A DNA stretch of 64,000 bases from an uncultured Chloroflexia bacterium. GTDB taxonomy: Bacteria; Chloroflexota; Limnocylindria; Limnocylindrales; CSP1-4. The stretch is taken from NCBI GenBank assembly GCA_963712745.1, contig CAVQJC010000020.1, forward strand, positions 256,001 to 320,000. The letters run 5' to 3'. Below the pieces are notes generated by a model, which saw nothing but the letters and a program-made list of their open reading frames with translations, ran no database searches and was not told the origin of the DNA. Made by a program: the position numbers and the translations under genes. Every line of letters starts with the position of its first letter. Positions within the stretch are counted from its first letter, which is position 1. Below, piece after piece: positions 9,731-21,608 of the stretch.

Positions 9731-10528
9731 CTAGTTGATCGCACTGAGCGAAAGATGGTCGAGAACGATGCACTCGAAGGCCTCGGGGGCCTCCAGGTGC
9801 GGCGTGTGGCCGGCACCGGGGATGACCTGGAGGCGTCCGCCGGGGATACCATCGGCAACGAGCCGCGCGCGCTCCAGGCCCACGAGGTCGAGGGCCCCAG
9901 CCAGCACGAGCGTCGGCGCCTGCACGCCCACCAGCCGCTGATGGAGCGGCTCCATCGCGCCCTGGCCGGCGCCCCGCAGCGAGGCCGCCAGTCCGCTCGG
10001 GTCGTGGCGCAGCCGTTCCCGGCGCAGCCTGGCTCGCTCGGCCTCCGGCAGCGCCGCCTGGGTGGCCAGGACCGGCAGCGTCTCCCAGTAGTCGACGAAG
10101 GCCTCGGTGCCCTCCGTCTCGATGTCGTCGGCCAGCCGCTCGTCCGCTGCCTTTCGCTCGGTCCGCGCGGCGGCCTCGGCCAGGCCGGCCGACGGGCTCT
10201 CAAGGATCAGCCGCTCGACGAGCACCGGATGAGACAGCGCCAGCACGAGCGCGAGCCGAGCCCCCATCGAGTAGCCCAGCACAGCGGCGGGCGTGGCTCC
10301 CAGCAGGACGAGCAGGTCCGCCAGGTCATCGGCCTGTCGCCCGAGGGCGTAGCGGGCGGGGTCGGCGGGGGCCTCGGAGCCGCCGTGGCCGAGCAGGTCC
10401 GGGGCGATGACGCGGTGCGAGCCCTTCCACGACTCGATCTGCCGGGACCAGGTCAGCGCGGTACCGGTGAAACCGTGGAGCAGGAGCAGCGGCGTCCCAG
10501 CGCCCGCCGTCAGGACGTTGAGGCTCAT
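9731..10528 (-). CDS. menH: SHCHC synthase
   Basis: LHGFTG, DLLGHG, GYSMGAR, LESPSAG, AGHTPHLE. ATG at 10528 overlaps the menD stop. Confidence 0.92.
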   Translation of the reverse strand: MSLNVLTAGAGTPLLLLHGFTGTALTWSRQIESWKGSHRVIAPDLLGHGGSEAPADPARYALGRQADDLADLLVLLGATPAAVLGYSMGARLALVLALSHPVLVERLILESPSAGLAEAAARTERKAADERLADDIETEGTEAFVDYWETLPVLATQAALPEAERARLRRERLRHDPSGLAASLRGAGQGAMEPLHQRLVGVQAPTLVLAGALDLVGLERARLVADGIPGGRLQVIPGAGHTPHLEAPEAFECIVLDHLSLSAIN

Positions 10529-12330
10529 GGCTGCGACTCGATAGCCTGGGCCACGGCCTGTGTCGCGGCGCGATGCAACTCGACGTTGCGGGTGCGCTCG
10601 GTGCGCAGCTCGAGCACATCCACGCCCGGGCATCTGACCGCCGCCGCCAGCGATGGCGCCAGCGACCCGGGCTCGACGAGCCGGTGCGTCGCGCCGAGGG
10701 CGGAGACGACAGGACCCAGATCGAGTCCGTGGGGCGTTCCGAAGAGCTCTTCGAAGTGCGCCGGCAGGCCCAGTTCGGGTCGGTCCGCCGAACCCTGGGG
10801 CAGGAACGAGAAGATGCCGCCGCCATCGTTGTTGACCAGCACGATCGAGGCCGTCAGCCCGAGTCGCCTGGCTCCGGCCAGGGCTCCCAGATCGTGGAGC
10901 AAGCTGAGATCGCCGACCACGGCCACGACCGGCCGCTCCTGGACGGCCGAGGCCCCGAACGCGGTCGACAGAAGGCCGTCGATGCCGTTGGCGCCGCGGT
11001 TGCCCAGGGGGCGCAGGGTACGGGCCGAGGCGGGCAGGAAGGCGTCCAGGTCGCGCACGGGCATGCTGTTGCCGGCGATGACGACGGTCTCATCGGGCAG
11101 CGCATCGCCGAGCGCGCGCGCCACCTCTCCCTCGAACGGCTCAGACAGCCCGGAGAACCAGGCCGCCAGCGCCTGAGCGGCGGCGGCGTCGGCCGCCAAC
11201 CAGGCCCGCAGCCAGCCCGGGTCGGCCGAGGAGTGGCCCAGGACCGCGACGGCAGCCGACCGCGCCAGGCGCACCGGATCGGCCTCGATGCGCACGACCG
11301 TAGGGCCGCCGGGCACGTTGAACCCCCCACCCTGGTCAACCAGCAGCTGAGGCACGCCGAGCCCGTCGAGGAGCCCGTCGAGCACCTTCGACGTGGGCCT
11401 CGCACCAAAGCGGACGACGAGGTCCGGCAGATGCTCCTCGCGGAAGGCGGTCGAGCGCAACAGCGCGTCGTAGTGGGCGACCACGACACGGCGGTCGTGA
11501 GCACCGGTGCGGACACCGGACAGCACATCGGCCAGCAGCGGAACGCCCGCAGCGATAGCGAACTGCGCGACCGCAGCGGCGAAGCCGGGGGCATCGAGCG
11601 GGCCACAGACCACCAGCGGGCGGGCCGAAGCCTGGAACGCACGCACGAGACGCGCGAGACCCTCGGGCGTCGTTCGCGGTTCGAGATCGTCAGCTGGGTC
11701 GGGCGCCGTTTCGGCGGGCGGGTCGGGCGCGGCCGGATCGGGGCCGGCGCCCTCGGGCGTCAGCGCGCCCTCGGGCATGAGCGCCCCGGCCGGCAGCAGC
11801 GGCTCGCGGAAGGGCAGGTTCAGGTGCACCGGGCCAGCCGGGACGGACGTGGCCACGCTGACGGCCCGGCCCACCACGCTGCGTGCCTCGGCCTCGGCTT
11901 CGGCCGAGTCGTCGGGAACCGGCAAGGCTGCGTACCACTTGGCATGGCGGCCGTAGAGATCGACCTGGTCGATCGTCTGTGGGGCCCCCACTCCCTGGAG
12001 CTCGGGCGGCCTATCGGCCGTGAGCGCGAGCAAGGGCACGCGTCCATAGCGGGCCTCGACCACCGCGGGTGCGAAGTTGACCGCGGCCGTGCCGGACGTG
12101 GCCAGCACCGCCACTGGCCGGCGGGAGGCCTTGGCCGCGCCGAGTGCGAAGAAGGCCCCCGCACGCTCGTCGAGCTGGACCCACGTGCGCAGCTCGGGCG
12201 TCGCTCTCAGGGCCAGCGCCAGGGGGGTCGAGCGTGAGCCGGGGCAGATGACGACATCGCGCACACCGCCACGCACCAGCTCCTCGACGATGGCCCGGAG
12301 CGGGCCAGCCGGCATGATCGGCGCCGTCAC
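10525..12330 (-). CDS. menD: SEPHCHC synthase (ThDP enzyme)
   Basis: CPGSRSTPL, DERAGAFFALG, TSGTAAVN, ADRPPEL, NSMPVRD, NRGANGIDG, GDLS.LHD...NNDGGGIF. GTG at 12330 overlaps the menF stop. Confidence 0.96.
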   Translation of the reverse strand: MTAPIMPAGPLRAIVEELVRGGVRDVVICPGSRSTPLALALRATPELRTWVQLDERAGAFFALGAAKASRRPVAVLATSGTAAVNFAPAVVEARYGRVPLLALTADRPPELQGVGAPQTIDQVDLYGRHAKWYAALPVPDDSAEAEAEARSVVGRAVSVATSVPAGPVHLNLPFREPLLPAGALMPEGALTPEGAGPDPAAPDPPAETAPDPADDLEPRTTPEGLARLVRAFQASARPLVVCGPLDAPGFAAAVAQFAIAAGVPLLADVLSGVRTGAHDRRVVVAHYDALLRSTAFREEHLPDLVVRFGARPTSKVLDGLLDGLGVPQLLVDQGGGFNVPGGPTVVRIEADPVRLARSAAVAVLGHSSADPGWLRAWLAADAAAAQALAAWFSGLSEPFEGEVARALGDALPDETVVIAGNSMPVRDLDAFLPASARTLRPLGNRGANGIDGLLSTAFGASAVQERPVVAVVGDLSLLHDLGALAGARRLGLTASIVLVNNDGGGIFSFLPQGSADRPELGLPAHFEELFGTPHGLDLGPVVSALGATHRLVEPGSLAPSLAAAVRCPGVDVLELRTERTRNVELHRAATQAVAQAIESQP

Positions 12331-13739
12331 GCTTCGATCCGTCCCAGCGCCGAACCGAGCGCCAGCAGCTTGGCTGCCGATTCGTCCCATTCGCGTCCGG
12401 GGTCGGAATCGGCCACGATGCCGCAGCCGGCAAAGAGCACGGCCTCACTGCCCCTGATGACGCCCGAGCGCAGCGCCACCACGAACTCACCATCCCCGTG
12501 GCGGTCGACCCAGCCCAGCGGCCCGGCATACCAGCCGCGCTCGTGTGGCTCTTCCTCGGCGATGAGCTCGAGAGCCAGGTCACGAGGCGTGCCCCCGACC
12601 GCGGGCGTGGGATGGAGCCGCTCCACCAGCGTAAGCACGTCAGCGTCGGCGCGGAGGCGGCCGGTCACCGGCGTGAGCAGATGCTGCACGTGCCGCAGGC
12701 GCACCACCCTCGGCGTGGGCGGGATCGACAGCTCCTCGGTGACCGGACCCAGTGCCTCGCGCAACATGGCCACCACGACCGCGTGCTCCTCGCGCTCCTT
12801 GTCGCTGGCGAGCAGGTTGGCAGCCAGCGTGTCATCGGCCTCGGCCTCGGCAGATCGGCGCGCAGAACCGGCCATGGCCATGGTGCGGAGCTCGCGGCCG
12901 CGCAGGCGCACGAGGCGCTCGGGTGTGGCACCCACGAACGTGCGCGAGCCCCGCGACACCGCGAACACCGTCGATTCGGGAGCTGATGCCTCCAGGCGCC
13001 GGATGACGTCCGAGAGCCCGATATCCGATGCAGCCGTGAGCGACACCTGGCGGGAGAGCACAGCCTTGTCCAGCCGCCCACGGCCGACGGCACCCGCCAG
13101 GCGGGCGACCGAGTCACGCCAGGTGGGCTCCTCGGGCGTGCGGGCCGTGACACGCAACGACTGGCGCGCAGGGCCCGCCGGGCGGAGGGGCACCGAAGCC
13201 AGCTGGGCCCACGTCTCGTGGAGCGAAAGCGCCATCGTGCCGGGCGAGACGCCGCCTGGTTCGGCCACCATCGAGGCCGTCAGCCACGAACCTTCCGGCG
13301 TGGTAGCCAGCAGCAGTCCCGGCAGCACCATGCAGGCGGGCTCAAAGCCCTCCCACACGGGCGATGCGGCCGGCTCATCACTGAAACTGAAGCCGCCCAG
13401 CAAGAGCGGGCCGGCTGGAGACGGTGCGCCGCCGGTGTCGATGACCGCCCCGTCGAGCAGCGTGCGCCAGGCCAGCGAGACGATGGCGAAGCGGGCGCCG
13501 TGGCTCTGGCGCGCGGCCCAGGCCTCGCCGATGCCCACCAGCGAGATGCCCTGGCTGGGCTGGAGCCAGAGCGAGGCCCCGAGCGGGAGCGCCACGCCGT
13601 GCAGTGCGACCGGGTCCACGCCCCCCACCGGCAAGGTGACCGAGACGAGGGTCGGTGCCTCGCGACCGGCGACACGGGCGATGAGTGGCGCGAGGGCCCG
13701 GCGCAGGTCAGGTCCGGCGGCCCGTTCCGCGATGGTCAT
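12327..13739 (-). CDS. menF: Isochorismate synthase
   Basis: KAVLSR, GATPERLV, MAGS, KEREEH, LHPTPAVGGTP, RGWYAG, LRSG, FAGCGIV. Confidence 0.93.
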   Translation of the reverse strand: MTIAERAAGPDLRRALAPLIARVAGREAPTLVSVTLPVGGVDPVALHGVALPLGASLWLQPSQGISLVGIGEAWAARQSHGARFAIVSLAWRTLLDGAVIDTGGAPSPAGPLLLGGFSFSDEPAASPVWEGFEPACMVLPGLLLATTPEGSWLTASMVAEPGGVSPGTMALSLHETWAQLASVPLRPAGPARQSLRVTARTPEEPTWRDSVARLAGAVGRGRLDKAVLSRQVSLTAASDIGLSDVIRRLEASAPESTVFAVSRGSRTFVGATPERLVRLRGRELRTMAMAGSARRSAEAEADDTLAANLLASDKEREEHAVVVAMLREALGPVTEELSIPPTPRVVRLRHVQHLLTPVTGRLRADADVLTLVERLHPTPAVGGTPRDLALELIAEEEPHERGWYAGPLGWVDRHGDGEFVVALRSGVIRGSEAVLFAGCGIVADSDPGREWDESAAKLLALGSALGRIEA

Positions 13740-14353
13740 GGCGGCGGGAGCTGCGCGATCCGCAGCTCGGGGATGCCGACACTGCGCAGGAGCAGGGCGC
13801 GGAGCGTGGGGTAGGCATCCTCGAGCCGGCCGGGCTGCTCGGCCATCAGCCAGCGCGTGACGACCTCGTTCAGCGCGCCGAACCAGACCATGCCGGCGAC
13901 GCGCGTATCGATGGGCTCGATGATGCCGCTCCCGACGGCCGTGTCGAGCTGCTCGGCGACGATGCCGGCGAAACGCTCGTGCAGCCGCTGCAGCTCGACC
14001 CCGAACTCGGCCCCGGCGCCGACCGCGTCGATGAGGAAGAGGCGCGCCATCGTGCGGTGTCCCGCGAATACATGCAGCACCGTGCGCAGGGCCACATCGG
14101 CTCGCTCGATGGGGTCGTCGTAGGGCACCATCGAACGCTCGACCTTGCCCACCAGCCGGTCGGCCGTGGTGCGCAACAGCTCGAGGAAGAGCGACTCCTT
14201 GGTCGGGAAGTGGAAGTAGACGCCGCCCTTGCTCGTCTCCGCCTGGCGTCCGACTTCGTCCACGCCAGCCCCCCGGTAGCCGCGCTGGCTGAAGACCGCG
14301 AAGGCGGCATCGAGGATGCGCTCACGCCGCCTGGCGCTCCGTTCCTGCTTCAT
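13736..14353 (-). CDS. TetR/AcrR family regulator heading the men operon
   Basis: ILDAAFAVFSQRGY...SKGGVYFHFPTKESLF HTH; GAGGAG RBS before ATG 14353; overlaps the menF start. Confidence 0.92.
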   Translation of the reverse strand: MKQERSARRRERILDAAFAVFSQRGYRGAGVDEVGRQAETSKGGVYFHFPTKESLFLELLRTTADRLVGKVERSMVPYDDPIERADVALRTVLHVFAGHRTMARLFLIDAVGAGAEFGVELQRLHERFAGIVAEQLDTAVGSGIIEPIDTRVAGMVWFGALNEVVTRWLMAEQPGRLEDAYPTLRALLLRSVGIPELRIAQLPPP

Positions 14354-14373
14354 CCCGGCAGTTCTCCTCACTT

Positions 14374-14389
14374 CCGACTCACTGGTCGG
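14374..14389. promoter_or_regulatory. Probable TetR operator palindrome
   Basis: CCGAC-TCACTG-GTCGG immediately upstream of the tetR RBS. Confidence 0.5.
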
Positions 14390-14460
14390 TTTGGTGCGTC
14401 GCTGAGCCTAGCAGGCCCGGGTGAGGCTCGCGTCCGAGGCCCCGGCCGGTCCGCCCACAT

Positions 14461-14479
14461 TTCCTATCAAGATATGGGA
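14461..14479. promoter_or_regulatory. Possible Rrf2 autoregulatory site
   Basis: AT-rich imperfect palindrome TCCTAT-CAAGAT-ATGGGA just upstream of the rrf2 start. Confidence 0.35.
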
Positions 14480-14492
14480 CAATGGCTCCAGG

Positions 14493-15017
14493 ATGAGGGT
14501 ATCCGCCAAAGCCGACTATGCCGCCCGGGCCGCTGCCGAGCTGTCCACCGCCACCGAGAAGCCCATCAAGGCCGACCGCATCGCCGTGGCGCAGGACATC
14601 CCGGCCAAGTTCCTCGAGACCATCCTGCTCGAGCTCAAGCACGCGGGCATCGTGCGCAGCCAGCGGGGTCCCGAAGGCGGCTACACGCTGGCGCGCCCGG
14701 CGGAAGACATCAGCCTGGCCGATGTCATCCGTGCGGTCGACGGGCCGCTGGCCAACGTTCGCGGCGACCGGCCGGAGAACATGGCCTACAGCGGCGCCGC
14801 AGAGCCCCTGACCGATGTCTGGATCGCCGTGCGGGCGGCCCTGCGCGACATCCTCGAGACGACCACGCTGGCCCACCTACGTGACGGCCAGCTGCCGCCG
14901 CGCGTGGCCGAGCTGGCGGAGGATCCGGAAGCCTGGGTCTCGCTCGGACGCATCCGCGGTGCGACGGCCACAGGCCGCAAGCGGGCTCAGCCGAAGGTCA
15001 GCAGCGCCAGGTCGTAG
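14493..15017 (+). CDS. Rrf2 family regulator lacking Cys ligands (CymR-like)
   Basis: MRVSAKADYA, FLETILLELKHAGIVRSQRGPEGGYTLARP, ISLADVIRAVDG; no Cys; 3' end overlaps the convergent GT gene. Confidence 0.92.
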   Translation: MRVSAKADYAARAAAELSTATEKPIKADRIAVAQDIPAKFLETILLELKHAGIVRSQRGPEGGYTLARPAEDISLADVIRAVDGPLANVRGDRPENMAYSGAAEPLTDVWIAVRAALRDILETTTLAHLRDGQLPPRVAELAEDPEAWVSLGRIRGATATGRKRAQPKVSSARS

Positions 15018-16516
15018 ATCGCGACTTCGTTCGCGCCGTCGAGCGCGACGCGCACGGCGTCGATGGTGCGCGGCTTCTTCTCCAGGGCCACGAACCCCAG
15101 GTACGTGCCCGGACCGGGCATCTCGTAGACCGCCGAGCGCCGCCATTCTCCGGCTTCGCGCGCGGCCAGCTCGACCGTGATGGACGCTGTTGCGCCACCG
15201 CCGACGCGAAGGGCATAGACGAGCGCGTGACAGCGGAGTCCAGGACCGCCGGCGGGGATGATGAGCGCACCGGCGGCACCGTCGAAGCGCACGGTCGTCG
15301 GCTCGCCCCGTTCGGAGGCGCCGCCCTCGACCTCCAGCGCCGGCACGCCACCGGGCATGGCCCAGGTGACCTCGGCTTCCAGCCAGGCCATCTCCTGGGC
15401 CAGGTGCGCAGAGGCCAGGAAGCGACCGGGGGCGGCTTCGTAGCCGAGGTCGTCGGCGCGCACCATGGCGCCCCTGACCCCGGGCATCGGCAGCCCCCGG
15501 AACGATCGCTTCTTGCGGGCCTCGGTGAGACCGGCCGCCTCGTTCGAGGTGATGGCCGTGGCCTCCTGCCCGAACAGGTCGTTGACCGGGAAGCCCTTCA
15601 TGGCCAGCTTGCTGCCGTAGCGTGATGGGCTGCGGGCCAGCGTCCGCATCTCCTCCATCAAGGCACGGGTGCGCGGCTGCCAGCGGTCGATGACGTGGTC
15701 CACCTGCCCGGGGATCTCGAAGGGCACGTCCGGCAGCTGGAACGCGTGGGTCGAGGTCGTGGCGCGCGTGCGCTTGGCCTGGAACTCCTCCCATGACTTG
15801 GTGAAGTAGTGGTTCATCTGGAGGTTGGCGAAGGTGGGGTGCTCGATGACCGTGGCCTCTTCCGAGGTGGGCTCGCCGGCGGTATTGACGGTGCGCCCGT
15901 GGACGGTGTAGGCATTGTGGACGCCGACCCTGGCCACGCCTCGCGGGCGGATGATGGGCTTGGCCAGGACCTCGCTGGTGCCCATGCGAGGCACTTGCTC
16001 GCTGAACTCTCGGTAGACCTCGGTGACCAGGCCCTCGGCCGGCGTGCGGTGCCCGGAGTAGCAGAACTCCTTGCGCGAGACCAGCACCTGCTCGGCGTGG
16101 GGGTAGCGGGCCATGACCGCGCTGATCGGCTCGTCCCGCTCAGGCACCAGGAACTCGTCGATATCGACGTAGGCGATCCACTCGGTGGTGTCGCCGAAGA
16201 ACCGCACCACGTGGTTGTTGGCATCGCGCTGCAGGCCGCGCATGGGGAAGTAGACGGTGGTCACGATGCCGTGGTCGGCGTAGGGCTTGAGGACCTCGTG
16301 CAACTCGTCGGTGCTGCCGTTGTCGTAGAGGAAGAAGTGGTCCACGCCGATGGCCATGTGGTGACATAGCCACTCCTCCATGTTGGGCCCCTCGTTCTTG
16401 AGGATGGCCATGACCGAGACCTCGAAACGGCCACGATCCATGAGGGCGGGACGCACGCTGCGCTCGTCGTCACGACCACGCCGCAGGACCCGGCCCACGC
16501 GCTTGATGGAGCTCAT
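14987..16516 (-). CDS. GT-A glycosyltransferase (GT92/GT2-like) with unknown C-terminal domain, copy 3
   Basis: AILKNEG..EEWL.HH..GVDHFFLYDNGSTD, DIDEFLVP, QMNHYFTKSWEEF..KR. Confidence 0.85.
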   Translation of the reverse strand: MSSIKRVGRVLRRGRDDERSVRPALMDRGRFEVSVMAILKNEGPNMEEWLCHHMAIGVDHFFLYDNGSTDELHEVLKPYADHGIVTTVYFPMRGLQRDANNHVVRFFGDTTEWIAYVDIDEFLVPERDEPISAVMARYPHAEQVLVSRKEFCYSGHRTPAEGLVTEVYREFSEQVPRMGTSEVLAKPIIRPRGVARVGVHNAYTVHGRTVNTAGEPTSEEATVIEHPTFANLQMNHYFTKSWEEFQAKRTRATTSTHAFQLPDVPFEIPGQVDHVIDRWQPRTRALMEEMRTLARSPSRYGSKLAMKGFPVNDLFGQEATAITSNEAAGLTEARKKRSFRGLPMPGVRGAMVRADDLGYEAAPGRFLASAHLAQEMAWLEAEVTWAMPGGVPALEVEGGASERGEPTTVRFDGAAGALIIPAGGPGLRCHALVYALRVGGGATASITVELAAREAGEWRRSAVYEMPGPGTYLGFVALEKKPRTIDAVRVALDGANEVAIYDLALLTFG

Positions 16517-16525
16517 CGGTAGTCG

Positions 16526-18124
16526 CTATCCATAGGAGATGACGAAGAGGTCGTAGATGTCGAGCTGCTCGGCCTCGCTCGCGAAGCGGATGAGGACCTG
16601 CGCGCCGTGGTGCGGCAGCGGCTCGATCTCCACGACCCCGGCCACGGCCGCCGAGGCCGGCACCTTCATCAGCACCGGGTCGCCCTCATCGCCCTCGCGC
16701 CGGACGACCGAGGCCTCGATACGGACCCTGGCCGCCGCATCGACGAGGAAGGCCAGCGTGTAGCAGCGCAACGCCTCCTCTGCCGGTAGGGGCAACACCA
16801 GCTCGGCCGCACCCTCGCTCAACAGCAGCGCCGCCGGTCCGCTGCCGGGCACGGCCAGCGTACCCAGCGAGGCCATCACGGGCGGCTCGTCCGCCGACCA
16901 CAGCGAGGTCTCGACACGGCCGCCGAGATGCTCCACGAGAGCGCCCGTGTGGGGCGAGGCGGAGAAGGCACCGCGTTCGGGGCTGAAGTCGTCGGCCGCG
17001 ATATCGGAGATGAGCCCCACTCCGGGGTAGCGGTTCTTCAGGCGCACGGTCGCGAACCGCTTGGGTTCATCGAGGCCGGCCGCGAAGTTGGCCACGGCGT
17101 ACTCGCCGAAGCGGAAGAGGTTGTTCGGTCGCGGGAAATACTCGATGCCCAGCTGGCTGCCGTAGTTGTATGGCCGCGGGTCGAGCTGGCGCAGCCGGTC
17201 CATCGTGGCCTGTGTCCGGGCGGTGAAACGCTGGGCCGTGATGTCGGTGGCGATGGTGGGCAGGTCCCAGGGCACGGCCGGGCGGGCGGGACGGCCGGTC
17301 GCGGAGCCGCGGAAGCGCTTGGCCTCGAACTCCTCGAACGAGCGCGTGTAGTAGTGGTTGAGCTGGGCCAGCCCGCGCACCTCCACCTCGGCCGTCTCGG
17401 TCGGCTGGCCCGGCTCGGGCAGGTCGGCGGCGAAGGCGAGGTGGACACCCACCGCCGAGACCGCAGCCGGCTGCACGATCGACTTGACCCGCGGCGGCAT
17501 GTCCAGATCCAGGTCGAGCACGTTGGCCACCTGCGCGTAGGCCTCGATGGTCAGCGCCCCGGGTGGCCTGCGGTGGCCGGAGTAGCCGAACTCCAGGCGC
17601 GGGATGCGCACGGTGGCCTTGTCCCTGAAGCGCTCGAGGAACGTGGGGATGTCGTCGTCCACGAGGGGCACAAGGAATTCGTCGGGATCGTAGAAGGCCA
17701 TCCAGCGCGAGGTCGTCCCGAACATCCGCAACGAGTGGTTGTAGGCCGACAGCTGACCCGCGCGCATGGGCCAGTCGATGCAGGTCACGAGGCCGTGGTT
17801 GATGAAGCGCTCGAGCAGCCCGGGTGTCTCGTCCGTGCTGCCGTTGTCGTAGATGAGGAAGTGGTCCACGCCCAGCGCGATGTGATAGGCCAGCCACTCC
17901 TCCAGGTAGTCCGCCTCGTCCTTGACGATGGCCACGAGCACCACCCCGAAACCCTCGCCGGACAGCAACGGACCACGGCCGACCACGTTCGGTGGCTTGG
18001 CCCGGCGCATCTTGCCCAGCGTCGGGCCCGAGGCGGCGGGGGCCCCGCCAGGGGGCGTTCCGGGCGACCGGGCACCGACCGCGTGGCCGATGCGGCGGCG
18101 CCAACTGCGCGCCTGCTCAGCCAT
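16526..18124 (-). CDS. GT-A glycosyltransferase (GT92/GT2-like), copy 2
   Basis: IVKDEADYLEEWLAYH..GVDHFLIYDNGSTD, DPDEFLVP, QLNHYYTRSFEEFEAKR; ends YDLFVISYG. Confidence 0.85.
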   Translation of the reverse strand: MAEQARSWRRRIGHAVGARSPGTPPGGAPAASGPTLGKMRRAKPPNVVGRGPLLSGEGFGVVLVAIVKDEADYLEEWLAYHIALGVDHFLIYDNGSTDETPGLLERFINHGLVTCIDWPMRAGQLSAYNHSLRMFGTTSRWMAFYDPDEFLVPLVDDDIPTFLERFRDKATVRIPRLEFGYSGHRRPPGALTIEAYAQVANVLDLDLDMPPRVKSIVQPAAVSAVGVHLAFAADLPEPGQPTETAEVEVRGLAQLNHYYTRSFEEFEAKRFRGSATGRPARPAVPWDLPTIATDITAQRFTARTQATMDRLRQLDPRPYNYGSQLGIEYFPRPNNLFRFGEYAVANFAAGLDEPKRFATVRLKNRYPGVGLISDIAADDFSPERGAFSASPHTGALVEHLGGRVETSLWSADEPPVMASLGTLAVPGSGPAALLLSEGAAELVLPLPAEEALRCYTLAFLVDAAARVRIEASVVRREGDEGDPVLMKVPASAAVAGVVEIEPLPHHGAQVLIRFASEAEQLDIYDLFVISYG

Positions 18125-19617
18125 AGGAGATCACGAAGAGGTCCTTGACGCCCACCTCGCCATCGCCCGACGAGAGCCGGACCGAGACGCGCGCGACGAG
18201 TTCGGGCGCAGGCGTCGAGCTCCACCACGCCAGCATACGTGTTGCCGGTCTCGAGCTTCAGGACCACCGGCTCGCTCTGGCTCTGGTCGGTCCGGCTCGA
18301 CGTCACCTCCAGGCGCGTGGGTGAGGACGTGTCCACGACGAAGCCCAACGCATGCACGCGCCGCTCGCCGGCCGGGTCGAGATCGATATGGACGACGCCC
18401 TCGTCGATGTGCCCGTCCGTGAGCGTGGCCAGCAGCCGTCCGCGGGCCCGCTGGAGCAGCGGCTCGAGGTGGATGGAACCCGACAGCTCGTTCTCGCGGG
18501 CCTCGTGGCCGTGGCCGCTGATGACGCCTACGAAGCCGATGCCACCGTACTCGTTGGGGATGCGCAGGCGTGGCTCGCGCCGAGGCGCCGGTTCCTCGGC
18601 GACGGTGTTGGCGACCGCGAACTCGGTGAACAGACCGAGGTCGTTGAAACGCGGGAACTGTTCGAGCCGGAGCTGGCTGCCGTAGCGGTATGGGCTCGCG
18701 GCCAGGCTGCCGATGTACTCCATCATCTCCCGCGTGCGCCCGGCGAAGCGGGTGGCACTGGTGTCCGTGCGCAGCGCCGGCAGGTCGAAGGAGATGGCCG
18801 GGCGATCGATACGGCCGGTGCCCGAGCCCCGCACGCGCTTGGCCTCGAACTCCTCGAACGAGCGCGTGTAGTAATGGTTGAGCTGGACGAAGTCCCAGCA
18901 GGCTCTGCCCACGGTCCGGCTGGGCACCGCCTTGCCATCGGGCCCGCGCGGGTCGTCGGCGACGGTGGCGGTGTGGATGCCCACCGCCGAGATGGCGGCT
19001 GGCTGCAGGATGGTCTTGACGCGCGGCGGCTTGGCCGGGTCACGGCGAAAGACGTCGGCGACCTCGGTGTAGGCCTCCACGGTCAGGGCATCGGGTGGCG
19101 TGCGGTGTCCACTGAAGCCGAAGTCGACCCGGGGGATGCGCACGTCGGCGGCATCACCGAAACGAGCCAGGACCGAGGGGATATCGTCGTCGACGAGCGG
19201 GACCACGAATTCATCCACATCGAAGAAGGCCAGCCACGAGAACGACGCACCGTAGAAGCGCAGGGCGTGGGAGTAGGCGTCGATCTGCCCCCCGGGCAGG
19301 GGCCAGTGGACCAGTGTCACCAGACCGTGGTTGACCCACGGCTCGATGACCTCGTGCAGTCCGTCGGTGCTGCCGTTGTCGTAGATGAAGAAGTGGCCGA
19401 CGCCGAGCGCGTGATGGTACGCCAGCCACTCGGCCAGGTACGGCGCCTCGTCGCGGACGATGACCACGACGCCGAGCCCGAGGCCCGGCGTCGACAGCAG
19501 CGGGCCCTTGCCGGCGACGTTCGGCGGGGTGGCGCGGTGGCGCTTGCGTGAGGACGGCGCCGGCGCCCCCGAGTCACCTCGGAGGCGTTGCATCGCACCG
19601 CGTGTTCGTCCCAGCAT
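18117..19617 (-). CDS. GT-A glycosyltransferase (GT92/GT2-like), copy 1, with one apparent frameshift near 18212
   Basis: DVDEFVVP, QLNHYYTRSFEEF. Removing one base after ...VVELD gives PAPELVARVSVRLSSGDGEVGVKDLFVISYG*, matching the paralogue terminus, with its stop at 18117 overlapping the next ATG. Confidence 0.8.
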
Positions 19618-19650
19618 GGGTTGTGTCGAGCGGCACCGATCCCGCCCGGA

Positions 19651-21579
<1,929 letters not shown>

Positions 21580-21608
21580 GAGTTGTCGCTCCTTGTTGAG
21601 TCCTGATG

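Noticed and set aside
17785-18116. GT1 read-through overlapping GT2 as a real extension or fusion
   Set aside because: The paralogue-matching terminus lies in another frame and ends at 18117.
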